Source of the DNA: a virus
Direction: 5' to 3' (one strand)
Virus record (IMG/VR): IMGVR_UViG_3300044534_000090
DNA: 64,000 nt
The translations under genes and the position numbers were made by a program. The notes under the pieces were generated by a model, which was not told the DNA's origin, did not search any database, and worked only from the letters and a program-made list of their open reading frames with translations. This document shows positions 20,496 through 28,325 of the stretch, one piece after another (the first letter of the stretch is position 1; each line of letters starts with the position of its first letter).

Positions 20496-21341
20496 ATGAG
20501 CAGAGCAGCGTGGTATCCGCGCGCCAACAGGACAGCTCAGAATTTCCAGCCAGCCCTGAACCGCCCGGCGATGCGCACCGTCAACGTGCTGGTGCTGCAC
20601 ACGACTGAGGGCACCTCGTGGCCGGGCTATGCGGGCGGCCGGCAGGCCCCGACCTTCACCATCAACTGCACGAGCGGGGCGCCTCAGGTGCGCCAGCATT
20701 TCCCGCTGCCGTGTGCCGCCATGGCGCTGGTGCAGCCGTCCGGGAGTCTGTCCACCAACCGGCTCAATGTGGCTCAGGTGGAGCTCGTCGGAACGGGCGG
20801 GTGGGCCAGCCCCGCCAACAGAAGCCGCCCCTACACCGTCTCTGGGCCTCACACTGACTGGACGAGGCCCGACGACATGATGCTCCGGGCGGTTGCTGAT
20901 CTCATTGCCTGGCTGCACAAGGAGTGGGAGGTGCCCCTGAAGGCGCCGATCCCGTTCGACAACTGGGCGGGCAACAACACCCACCGCATGACCGCCTCCC
21001 AGTGGGCCGGTTTCACCGGGATATGCGGCCACTCCCACGTGTGGGGCAACTACCACACCGACCCCGGATCATTCCCCATCGCCGCCTGCCTGAAGCTGGC
21101 CGCAGGCGGAACCGTATCAACCAATCCTCAGGAGGATGACATGCCCAGCGTTTCCGACATCTGGAACGGCAAGCTCCCTTTCAAGGCCACCCCGAAGGAC
21201 GACCGATTCACGGCCGGACGGCTGCTCGACGAGGCCGCCAGTCAGGCGACTTTCGCGGTCCGGGAGGCTCGCGCCGCCAAGGAGAAGGCCGAGCAGATCG
21301 ACGCCAAGCTCGACCGCCTCATCAAGAAGATGGGGGCCTGA
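20496..21341 (+). CDS. Endolysin, N-acetylmuramoyl-L-alanine amidase (Amidase_2)
   Basis: VLHTTEG, QVELVG, GICGHSHV..N.HTDPG. Confidence 0.9.
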   Translation: MSRAAWYPRANRTAQNFQPALNRPAMRTVNVLVLHTTEGTSWPGYAGGRQAPTFTINCTSGAPQVRQHFPLPCAAMALVQPSGSLSTNRLNVAQVELVGTGGWASPANRSRPYTVSGPHTDWTRPDDMMLRAVADLIAWLHKEWEVPLKAPIPFDNWAGNNTHRMTASQWAGFTGICGHSHVWGNYHTDPGSFPIAACLKLAAGGTVSTNPQEDDMPSVSDIWNGKLPFKATPKDDRFTAGRLLDEAASQATFAVREARAAKEKAEQIDAKLDRLIKKMGA

Positions 21342-21342
21342 C

Positions 21343-21786
21343 ATGACCGCCACTGATGCTCTGGCCGTGATCGCGGCCGCCCTCGTGTCCATCCTCGCTA
21401 CCGCCGTGGTCGCCCGGCCCACCATGTCGGCAGCCGCCAAGCGCGGCATCGCCCTTGTCCTCGCCGTCGTACTCGGCGCCGTCGCGGCCATCATCTCCGG
21501 GCAGATCACCGGGATCCCCGAGTCCGCCGTCGCCCTGGTGCAGAAGATCATCATCAGTGCGGCCGCCGTGGTGGCGGCGGCTCAGGGATTCCACCGGCAG
21601 CTCGCCGGCGCACTCGGCTCCCTGTCGGCCGCCACCTCCCCCACCCACTCGGTGGTCGAGGTCGCGCCTGCCGACGACGACATCATCCACCTGGATGACG
21701 AGGAGGCGGAGATCCCCCGCCACTCCGCAGACGAGGATGAGGCGCCCTCCGTCATCCCCGACGGCGAGGGCGTCGCCCGCAACTGA
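21343..21786 (+). CDS. Holin
   Basis: 2-3 TM segments, acidic C-tail, directly after endolysin. Confidence 0.75.
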   Translation: MTATDALAVIAAALVSILATAVVARPTMSAAAKRGIALVLAVVLGAVAAIISGQITGIPESAVALVQKIIISAAAVVAAAQGFHRQLAGALGSLSAATSPTHSVVEVAPADDDIIHLDDEEAEIPRHSADEDEAPSVIPDGEGVARN

Positions 21787-21793
21787 CCCCGGA

Positions 21794-21838
21794 ACGAAAG
21801 CCCCCCGTCTCGCATTGCGCGAGGCGGGGGGCTTTCGT
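21794..21838. terminator. Bidirectional intrinsic terminator
   Basis: ACGAAAGCCCCCCGTCTCGC-loop-GCGAGGCGGGGGGCTTTCGT between converging transcripts. Confidence 0.85.
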
Positions 21839-21841
21839 CGT

Positions 21842-21870
21842 CTCAGAACCCCCGCATACGCGGGGAAGAT
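21842..21870 (-). CRISPR. Solitary type I-E CRISPR repeat (candidate RNA anti-CRISPR unit)
   Basis: Minus strand ATCTT-CCCCGC-GTAT-GCGGGG-GTTCTGAG: 29 nt, 6-bp stem, tetraloop, 8-nt 3' handle as in I-E repeats. Confidence 0.75.
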
Positions 21871-21889
21871 AGTCGCCACACTTCCAGAA

Positions 21890-21920
21890 GCGCCCCCGCA
21901 CCATCACGGTGCGGGGGCGC
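21890..21920. terminator. GC hairpin with ATCAC loop
   Basis: GCGCCCCCGCACC-ATCAC-GGTGCGGGGGCGC; core CACCATCACGGTG identical to the 55164-55198 hairpin. Confidence 0.6.
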
Positions 21921-21982
21921 CTTTCCTGTTCCCAGAGGGACGTTGTCAACGGGACCCAACGGGGAGGAACCAGTTCAGGGTA

Positions 21983-22183
21983 TCACTTCGTCTTCTCGCA
22001 GATCGCCTTCACGGCCGGCTTCGACATCTTGAACTCCTTCGCGATGCTGTACATCGTGTCGCCGCTGTCGATCGCTTCACGTATGAGCAGGTTTCGGTCG
22101 AGTCGGGCCGCTTCGATCTGGTCTTCCAGATCCTTGACCCTGATGATTGACGCCTTGATCTTGCCACGTAGTCGGTTGTCCAT
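21983..22183 (-). CDS. Small HTH protein (Aca-like)
   Basis: 66 aa; GDTMYSIAKEFKMSKPAVKAI HTH; last gene of the leftward operon. Confidence 0.75.
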   Translation of the reverse strand: MDNRLRGKIKASIIRVKDLEDQIEAARLDRNLLIREAIDSGDTMYSIAKEFKMSKPAVKAICEKTK

Positions 22184-22236
22184 GGGTCTCCCCTTCCTGG
22201 CCGAGTGCTAGGGCCCCGGATGCCGGAGCCCTTCGC

Positions 22237-22482
22237 TCAGCCCTCCATCTCGATTATCAGACTCGCCGTTTCGAACAGCTCTATCTCCAACTTGGCCGCC
22301 GTGGTGCCCATGATCTTGGCAAGCCCCCGCAGTAGGTAGGTGCTCTGGTCCTGCACCTCTCGCATGGCCTGGCGTTCGCGAGTGCCGGCTGGGTACCTGA
22401 ACTCCCGGTCTATTGCACACCGTCGGTCCGCAATGAGTTGAGCGGCGGTGAACCTCAGGTTGTTGGCCTCTTCGGCGGTCAT
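22237..22482 (-). CDS. Hypothetical protein (candidate anti-defence)
   Basis: RBS GGAGG; own promoter-like element. Confidence 0.7.
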   Translation of the reverse strand: MTAEEANNLRFTAAQLIADRRCAIDREFRYPAGTRERQAMREVQDQSTYLLRGLAKIMGTTAAKLEIELFETASLIIEMEG

Positions 22483-22500
22483 GCTGTCCTCCTAGTTAGT

Positions 22501-22546
22501 CCCGTTGACACCCATTAGTAAACCACACTGTCTAGTGTCCGTCAAG
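22501..22546 (-). promoter_or_regulatory. Repeated promoter-like element, copy 1
   Basis: Plus CCCGTTGACA-N5-TAGTAAACCA-N15-GTCAAG; minus -35 TTGACG, 17 bp, TTTACT. Confidence 0.7.
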
Positions 22547-22588
22547 ACAAGGGGAGGGCCCCGGGGCCTTCCCTGGGGCCCACTCGGG

Positions 22589-22918
22589 TCAGTGGTAGCT
22601 GACTGGCGCCGCCTCGTAGGCCTCTCGTCGCGACATGCCGAGCCGCAACCGCGCGGCCTCGTACTCTTGCGCTGACTTCCTGGCACCCCGCCACCACATG
22701 TCCGCATTCGCGAAGTCCTGGCGCCGGGCGGCCCGGTTCGATCTCTCCATGGCGTCGCGGATCTCCTCGGCGCACTCAGCAAGCCGGCGCCGGTCTTGGC
22801 GCTCCCGCGAGTCGATCATGGCTGCCTCCCGAGGGTGCGCCTCCCGCCATGCCTGCCGCTCCTCAGCGGCCCTTTCCAGGGCCCTGAGCAGATCCTCAGT
22901 GGGTGTGTCGGCGCTCAT
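22589..22918 (-). CDS. Hypothetical helical protein (candidate anti-defence)
   Basis: RBS AAGGAG; 109 aa, charge-rich. Confidence 0.7.
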   Translation of the reverse strand: MSADTPTEDLLRALERAAEERQAWREAHPREAAMIDSRERQDRRRLAECAEEIRDAMERSNRAARRQDFANADMWWRGARKSAQEYEAARLRLGMSRREAYEAAPVSYH

Positions 22919-22990
22919 GGCCGGCTCCTTCCTGGCGCCTACTGGCGCCGATAGAGAGGTCCCCGGGATCTCTCCCGGGGACCTTGTTGA

Positions 22991-23377
22991 TCAGTTCCAG
23001 TAGCGCGGGTTCATCGGCTCCGGCCCGTCCCAGTCGAGTGCCAGCCCCAGCCGGGCCAGATCCTCCGGGCCCAAGTCCTCACCCTCCCAGTGGGTGACCT
23101 CCCGGCGGCCCTTGAGGTAGGACACCGTGACATCCCAGTAGTCCGAACCGTTGAGCCGGATATCAACCTCCATCCGGCGGGGTCGGGCGGCCCGTTCCCC
23201 GTTCGCGTTGAAGGGCAGGATGCGGGCGGTGAGCACCAGGCCGGCGGCGCCGTTGCTGCGGTAGCCCCGGATCTTGGCGCCCAGGGTCATGAGCCCTGAC
23301 AGGCCGATCTGTCGCTTTGCTTCGGCGCCGACCTCGCGGCGGTACTGCTGGTCACTCTCGGTGGCGGTGGCGGTCAT
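22991..23377 (-). CDS. Hypothetical protein (candidate anti-defence)
   Basis: RBS AAGGAGG; 128 aa. Confidence 0.7.
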   Translation of the reverse strand: MTATATESDQQYRREVGAEAKRQIGLSGLMTLGAKIRGYRSNGAAGLVLTARILPFNANGERAARPRRMEVDIRLNGSDYWDVTVSYLKGRREVTHWEGEDLGPEDLARLGLALDWDGPEPMNPRYWN

Positions 23378-23398
23378 GTCGTCCTCCTTGGTTGATGT

Positions 23399-23444
23399 CC
23401 CGTTGACAAGTATTAGTAAACCAGCCTGCCTACCGGATGTCAAG
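23399..23444 (-). promoter_or_regulatory. Repeated promoter-like element, copy 2
   Basis: Same consensus and spacing; -35 TTGACA. Confidence 0.7.
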
Positions 23445-23494
23445 CCGACACAGCGAAGGGCCCCGGGATCTCTCCCGGGGCCCAGGGACCCCAC

Positions 23495-23824
23495 TCAGTA
23501 GCCACTCTCGATGCAGTCGAGCTGCCACCTGGCGTCATCGGCGCAGGAATCAGGGCAAGGGCACCCGTGGGCTGCGCAAGCGTCGCGCAGCGGCCCTACA
23601 GTCCATTCGGGAACCGGCTCCCCGCAAGCGTCGCAGGCAAGACCGGAAGGGTTGTCCCGCGTGATGCCGGCGTTCCGGGCGGGAGAGTGGCAGCAGTCAG
23701 TCAGAGGCCAATACTCGCGTCCCGTCTCATGGCCCTTGTGGGCCCTCACAGCGAGCGTCACCCAGGTCCCGCACAATGTCTTGGTGCGGTAGTAGGTGGT
23801 GCCGGTGGTGGCGATGGTGTCCAT
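23495..23824 (-). CDS. Cys-rich hypothetical protein (likely Zn-binding)
   Basis: RBS GAGGAGG; CC, CxxC and CxCxxxC clusters. Confidence 0.7.
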   Translation of the reverse strand: MDTIATTGTTYYRTKTLCGTWVTLAVRAHKGHETGREYWPLTDCCHSPARNAGITRDNPSGLACDACGEPVPEWTVGPLRDACAAHGCPCPDSCADDARWQLDCIESGY

Positions 23825-23851
23825 GTTGTCCTCCTCAGGACTAGGTGGGAA

Positions 23852-23897
23852 CCCGTTGACATGAACTAGTAAACCACTATGCCTACCGGGCGTCAAG
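23852..23897 (-). promoter_or_regulatory. Repeated promoter-like element, copy 3
   Basis: Same consensus and spacing; -35 TTGACG. Confidence 0.7.
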
Positions 23898-23930
23898 CGA
23901 TCAGTGCGGCCGGCGCTTTCGCGCGCGTTT

Positions 23931-24203
23931 CCGGTACAGATCCGGTACAGGTCAGATTGAGGCCAGCCCACGGCATCCCTTGTCAGAGCTGTACTCAGTA
24001 CATCCGCTATCGGACGTCGCAAACCATCGCAGACCATCACAGGCCATCGACGCCAAGCATGAGAAAGGGCCCGCTGGCTAGGCGTAACACCTACCAACGG
24101 GCCCTGGCAACGGGTGGAGCATAGGGGATTCGAACCCCTGACCTTCTCATTGCGAACGAGGCTTCACGCCTTGTCACAGAGACGGAGTACAGATCCAGTA
24201 CAG
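23931..24203. mobile_element. attP-like region of phage X
   Basis: Paired arm-type repeats GTACAGATCCRGTACAG at 23934-23950 and 24187-24203 flank the tRNA core; three RCCATC repeats at 10-bp period (24021-24050, Xis-like); terminator 24066-24104. Confidence 0.75.
24113..24160 (-). other. att core = 3' half of tRNA-Ala(CGC), not a full tRNA
   Basis: Minus CTCGTTCGCAATGAGAAGGTCAGGGGTTCGAATCCCCTATGCTCCACC: anticodon arm, T arm and 3' acceptor strand; 5' half absent. Confidence 0.85.
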
Positions 24204-24210
24204 CACCCGA

Positions 24211-25224
24211 TTACGCCGTCGCCCTCTCCGACGCCACCAGGGCATCCAATCGTGCCGCCACATCGTCCAACGCGCGATCCCACAGGTGGCCGTACAGATC
24301 CAACGTCATCTTCGCCGACTTGTGCCCGAGCATCCGCTGCACGGCCTTCACGTCGGCGCCCGATGTGATCGCCAGCGACGCCGCCGTGTGCCTCAGATCA
24401 TGAATCCTCATGCCCTCCAGCCCGGCACGGTCTCGGGCATCCCGGAACACGCGGGCCCTCCAATTGTCCGGATCGAGCCGCCCGCCACGGCTGTTCGTGA
24501 ACAACGGCTCCCTTGACGGCCTGTCAAGGTCGAGCATCTTCAGCACGAACCCGGGGGTAGGAACGTCGCGGCTGTAGCCGTTCTTCGAGAACCGGACCCT
24601 GAGACGCTTCGTCTTCGCGTTGACGTCTCCGACGTTCAGGGCGCAGCACTCCGAGATCCTGGGGCCGCACGTCCCCAGCAACCACACCATGGCCTGATAC
24701 GGCTTGCACTCCTCGGCCAGGCCGCCGAGTTGCTGCACGGTCAGGAACCGTGCCTCGTGCGGTCGTACACGGCCAGCCTTCACCCGGGACAGGTCAACTC
24801 TTCCTTCCACCGATCCTTTCAGACACTGGACAACGTTGGACTTCAACGCCACCGACGCCGGGCCTCGGGATGATCTCAGGTCGGCGATCCAGGCCTGCAC
24901 GTCCCGCTGGTCGAGGTCCGATACGAGTAGGTCTCCCCACTTGCTGGTCACGTAGCCGGCGGCTTCGCGGGCTGTGGTCTGTGCCTTCTTGGTGAGTCCT
25001 GCTTTGCCGTCGAGCCACTTGTCCACGGCTTGCCGGACGGTCTCTGTGTCTTCGGGCTCCGGCAGGCCTTCGTTGATACGCCTCGCGTTGATCCGGTCGG
25101 CTTCAGCCCGGGTACGGCAGGAGACGGATGGCCACCCCGGGTTGTGGACCCTCCACCGCTTCCCCGTCCCCCATCGCTTCGTGTGTTGCTTGTTCTTGTT
25201 GAGCCACAGGTCCTGTACGGCCAT
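24211..25224 (-). CDS. int: Tyrosine integrase, phage X
   Basis: GPRISE, HDLRHTAAS, LGH...MTLDLY catalytic motifs. Confidence 0.95.
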   Translation of the reverse strand: MAVQDLWLNKNKQHTKRWGTGKRWRVHNPGWPSVSCRTRAEADRINARRINEGLPEPEDTETVRQAVDKWLDGKAGLTKKAQTTAREAAGYVTSKWGDLLVSDLDQRDVQAWIADLRSSRGPASVALKSNVVQCLKGSVEGRVDLSRVKAGRVRPHEARFLTVQQLGGLAEECKPYQAMVWLLGTCGPRISECCALNVGDVNAKTKRLRVRFSKNGYSRDVPTPGFVLKMLDLDRPSREPLFTNSRGGRLDPDNWRARVFRDARDRAGLEGMRIHDLRHTAASLAITSGADVKAVQRMLGHKSAKMTLDLYGHLWDRALDDVAARLDALVASERATA

Positions 25225-25225
25225 G

Positions 25226-25768
25226 TCAGGATGCCATCTCGGCCTGCAACGCCTGAAAGTTGTTGACGAACTGGTAGGCGTCGGCCTGCTGCTTCGGCTT
25301 CACAGGTAACTGGACGGGCTTCTTCCCGGCTTCGATGATGAACACCCATGCGCCGGCCTTCTGCTTCTTCGACATTCCGCCGATGAGCGCCCCGACGGCT
25401 CCGGCGCCGAACGTGACAGCCCCGATCGCAGCGCCACCGAGCACACGGGTGGCGGTCATGCGCTGCACCTGGCCGCCCTGGACCAGTTCTATCTGCGTGT
25501 TGGCGGGGTTGATGGTGCGGTGCCCAACGGTGACGGTTCCGGCCTTGATCCGGGCGTCTGCGAACTCGACGTCGTACTTCCCCCACTTCTTGGCGGCGGC
25601 GTTCTGCTGGTCTGCGGCGTCCATGATCTTCTGCCACGCCGACGGGCCCTTCCCGGCCTTCTCCTGTTCGGCACGTTTGGCCGCCTTGGCCTCTGCTTTC
25701 GCGGCGTCCTTGGCCGCTTGGTCCTCCACGGCCATGTCCCATGCTTCCCTCATGCTGAACTTCTTCAC
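25226..25768 (-). CDS. Membrane protein in the immunity region
   Basis: Gly/Ala-rich TM VLGGAAIGAVTFGAGAVGALIGG; GTG start with RBS. Confidence 0.6.
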   Translation of the reverse strand: MKKFSMREAWDMAVEDQAAKDAAKAEAKAAKRAEQEKAGKGPSAWQKIMDAADQQNAAAKKWGKYDVEFADARIKAGTVTVGHRTINPANTQIELVQGGQVQRMTATRVLGGAAIGAVTFGAGAVGALIGGMSKKQKAGAWVFIIEAGKKPVQLPVKPKQQADAYQFVNNFQALQAEMAS

Positions 25769-25782
25769 GATGGTGCCCTTCC

Positions 25783-26211
25783 TCATTGTTGTGGTGTGGT
25801 GATGCCGGCGGCGCGAATAGCTGCCCGTTCGGTGCTGGTGAGGTGGTCGAGTCGGCACACGAGGATGTCGTGGGTGACCCACAGGTCTTCGGCGACCTCA
25901 GCCCAGGTGTGCCCCCAACTGAGAGCGTCGACGATCTGGTTGACGTCCGGCAGGAGGAGCCGTGCCGTCTCCTCCCTGACCCGGTTCTCCACGGCTCGTG
26001 GCTGACGGCCAACGTGGTGGTGGCGGATGTGGACGAGTTCGTGGGCGAGGGTGCATCGGCGTTCGTGTTGCAGTAGTCCACGGTCGAGCCAGATGGTCCT
26101 CTGCCCGTCGGTGCATCCTCTCAACCGTCCGGGTAGGTCGGCCCATACGAGCGTGAGGTCGGGGCGGTGATGTAGATAGGTCCACGGGTCAGGCCGGGTC
26201 GTCGTGTTCAT
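25783..26211 (-). CDS. ImmA/IrrE-like Zn metallopeptidase
   Basis: RCTLAHELVH (HExxH); adjacent to repressor. Confidence 0.85.
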   Translation of the reverse strand: MNTTTRPDPWTYLHHRPDLTLVWADLPGRLRGCTDGQRTIWLDRGLLQHERRCTLAHELVHIRHHHVGRQPRAVENRVREETARLLLPDVNQIVDALSWGHTWAEVAEDLWVTHDILVCRLDHLTSTERAAIRAAGITTPQQ

Positions 26212-26545
26212 TCTCGGCCTCCCAGCGTTCACGATCGGTCATCCCCTGGGCATCATCGGCGGCCAGATCGAGGAACGTCTGATCGACAGTCTCTAGGCGT
26301 GTTGCTCTTTCGGCCTCATTGAGAAGCTGTCCGGGGTTGAAGCCGAAGTACAGGGCAAGCGGGACGAACGTCTCAACAGCCATGCTGGAGTCGCCGGCAC
26401 ATGCCCGGACGATGGTGGCACGTTTCACACCTGACTCGGCCGCCACCTTCGTGAAGGTGCCACGCCCCGCCCTCGCCTCAGCGAACTTGCCCGCGATGTA
26501 GCGAGTGATCGGCCCCGTCAACTGCTCTCGTCCCATGCTCAACAT
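26189..26545 (-). CDS. Immunity repressor (XRE HTH)
   Basis: KVAAESGVKRATIVR HTH; divergent from cro. Confidence 0.8.
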   Translation of the reverse strand: MLSMGREQLTGPITRYIAGKFAEARAGRGTFTKVAAESGVKRATIVRACAGDSSMAVETFVPLALYFGFNPGQLLNEAERATRLETVDQTFLDLAADDAQGMTDRERWEAENEHDDPA

Positions 26546-26546
26546 G

Positions 26547-26601
26547 TTCCCATTTAGGAAGGTCAGAGGTCAAGGGTTGACACGGCGTTCCTAATTAGGA
26601 A
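26547..26601. promoter_or_regulatory. Operators and rightward promoter of the genetic switch
   Basis: Palindromes TTCCCATTTAGGAA (26547-26560) and TTCCTAATTAGGAA (26588-26601); TTGACA at 26577. Confidence 0.75.
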
Positions 26602-26852
26602 TGATGTGGGCCATGAGCAACCCAAGAGAGCGACTGGCGGCGGAGGTCAGGGCAGCCATCGGCAGGTCCGGCCTCCATCAGAGCGAAGTAGCGGCAAGGG
26701 CCGGCATGTCCCCGAGGGCCCTGCGGAACAAGGCGTGGGGCATCACGAACGTGTCGGTCGAGGACATCGGAAAGATCGCCCGGGCAACCGGCGCGAACCC
26801 GGGCGCGATGGTGAACGCCGCGTTCGGCATCGAGAAGGAGTCGGCGGCATGA
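26601..26852 (+). CDS. Cro-like HTH
   Basis: QSEVAARAGMSPRAL. Confidence 0.8.
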   Translation: MMWAMSNPRERLAAEVRAAIGRSGLHQSEVAARAGMSPRALRNKAWGITNVSVEDIGKIARATGANPGAMVNAAFGIEKESAA

Positions 26853-27052
26853 GCGATGAGCCACTGTGCACCATCCGGGAGGCGGCCCCGCGTATGGGGC
26901 TGACGGAGAAGAAGCTGCGCAACATGTGCGCCGCCCGGCAGGTCGACCACATGGAGGTTCCGGGCGAGACCGGGCAGCGGGTGTTCTACCGGCTGTCCGA
27001 GGAGCAGATCCGGGCATGGGTGAACGCCCACACGGTGAGGGCGGTGCGGTGA
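26849..27052 (+). CDS. Excisionase-like HTH_17 protein
   Basis: TIREAA..MG......RNMC...YRLSEEQI. Confidence 0.7.
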   Translation: MSDEPLCTIREAAPRMGLTEKKLRNMCAARQVDHMEVPGETGQRVFYRLSEEQIRAWVNAHTVRAVR

Positions 27053-27231
27053 TGCCTCTGTTCACGAATGGGGGTCTGATCCTGCTTCTGCTCCTTGCCG
27101 GCCTCATCGTCGTCGTCATGCTGCTGATCGCCGACGAGCACAAGGTGTCGGAGCGGCTGTGGTGGGACTTGGTCTACCGGGGCTCCGATGTCAGCGAGGA
27201 CGACCCACCGGAGAAGGAGGGGGCGGCGTGA
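27052..27231 (+). CDS. Small membrane protein
   Basis: MPLFTNGGLILLLL; homologous to 61869-62027. Confidence 0.6.
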   Translation: MPLFTNGGLILLLLLAGLIVVVMLLIADEHKVSERLWWDLVYRGSDVSEDDPPEKEGAA

Positions 27232-27404
27232 CCTTCCCGATCGGGTGCGATCCCCGGGACTTTCCCCGCTCACCCGATGAGGACCTGTACTGCCCCAACT
27301 GCCGGGGCGCCGGCTGCACCGAATGCGGCTGGTCGGGAGTCCTCACACCAGAACAACGACGAATCCGTAAACAGAACGAAAGGGCATGGCGCCATGAACG
27401 CTGA
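27228..27404 (+). CDS. Small Zn-finger protein
   Basis: CPNCRGAGCTECGWSG. Confidence 0.55.
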   Translation: MTFPIGCDPRDFPRSPDEDLYCPNCRGAGCTECGWSGVLTPEQRRIRKQNERAWRHER

Positions 27405-27705
27405 ACAGATCAGCAAGAAATCCGGCTACTTCCAGACCGTCTTCGAGTGGGCCCAGAACCACGCTGACCTCTTCACCGACTGCTACGACGTGTACCCCGG
27501 TGTATCCGTCGGCCACGGTCACCTGGAGGTGGTCGGCCAGGGGAACATGTCGGCGATCACCCTCCCGGACGGTATGGCGTGGGAGTTCGACCATGAGGAC
27601 AAGCGTCCGGACGGTTCCACTGATGCCCGCTACTTCTCCGCCTCGAAGAAGGACGGGATCGTCACCGTCACCTTCGTGGGAGTCGTCAAGGGCGGCGACA
27701 AGTGA
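27394..27705 (+). CDS. Hypothetical protein
   Basis: Coupled ORF in the early operon. Confidence 0.55.
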   Translation: MNAEQISKKSGYFQTVFEWAQNHADLFTDCYDVYPGVSVGHGHLEVVGQGNMSAITLPDGMAWEFDHEDKRPDGSTDARYFSASKKDGIVTVTFVGVVKGGDK

Positions 27706-28325
27706 TCGAGCACAAGAACGTGTACGAAGCCTGGTCGGCGGTCATGGCCGACGTGCAGGCCATCGGCAAGAGCGAGAAGAACCGGGACCAGAACTACAGC
27801 TTCCGGGGTGTGGATGCGGTGATGAATGCCGTCGGCCCGAAGCTGCGGGAACACGGCGTCATGACGATCCCGCAGACGCCGGAGGTGGCCATGTCGGATG
27901 CGGGGACGTCGAAGCGCGGCACCCACATGCACCGGGTGATGGTGAAGGCCCGATGGCTCGTGGTCCACGTGACCGGGGATTCGTTCGAGATGTCTGCGGC
28001 CGGCGAGGCCACCGACTTCCAGGACAAGGCGACCGCGAAGGCCGAGTCGGTGGCGTACCGGACGGCCCTGTTGCAGGCCCTCTGCATCCCCACGTGCGAA
28101 CCGGACCCTGATCTCGGGCCGGAGATCGGGGACAAGGACGCCGCCAACCTTGTACTGAACGCCTGCGGTGGCGACGTCGACCGGGCCCGTGACGAGGTCG
28201 AGAACGCCGGCGTCAAGTGGAGTGATGCGCAAGGGCTGGTACGACTTGCCGCCCAGATCAACAGCAGGGCTGTGCAACCCCCCCAGGCCCCGAAGACCCC
28301 CAAGAACCAGCAGAACGGAGCATGA
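27702..28325 (+). CDS. ERF-family ssDNA annealing protein
   Basis: KNRDQNYSFRGVDAV, GEATDFQDKATAKA...YRTAL. Confidence 0.8.
   Translation: MIEHKNVYEAWSAVMADVQAIGKSEKNRDQNYSFRGVDAVMNAVGPKLREHGVMTIPQTPEVAMSDAGTSKRGTHMHRVMVKARWLVVHVTGDSFEMSAAGEATDFQDKATAKAESVAYRTALLQALCIPTCEPDPDLGPEIGDKDAANLVLNACGGDVDRARDEVENAGVKWSDAQGLVRLAAQINSRAVQPPQAPKTPKNQQNGA

Noticed and set aside
21197-21216. 15/20 match (12 contiguous) of mini-array spacer AGGTTGTGAATCGGTCGACT to the X endolysin gene
   Set aside because: Mismatches at seed positions 1, 4 and 5, and the flank reads GTC rather than an AAG-type PAM; a 12-mer hit in 64 kb is plausible by chance.
22557-23484. GC hairpins GGNCCCCGG...CCGGGGNCC as further CRISPR repeats
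   Set aside because: Stems are 11 bp or longer, there is no 8-nt handle or regular spacing, and they sit after each gene like terminators or processing sites.
24113-24160. tRNA-Ala gene
   Set aside because: The D arm and 5' acceptor strand are missing; it is an att core only.
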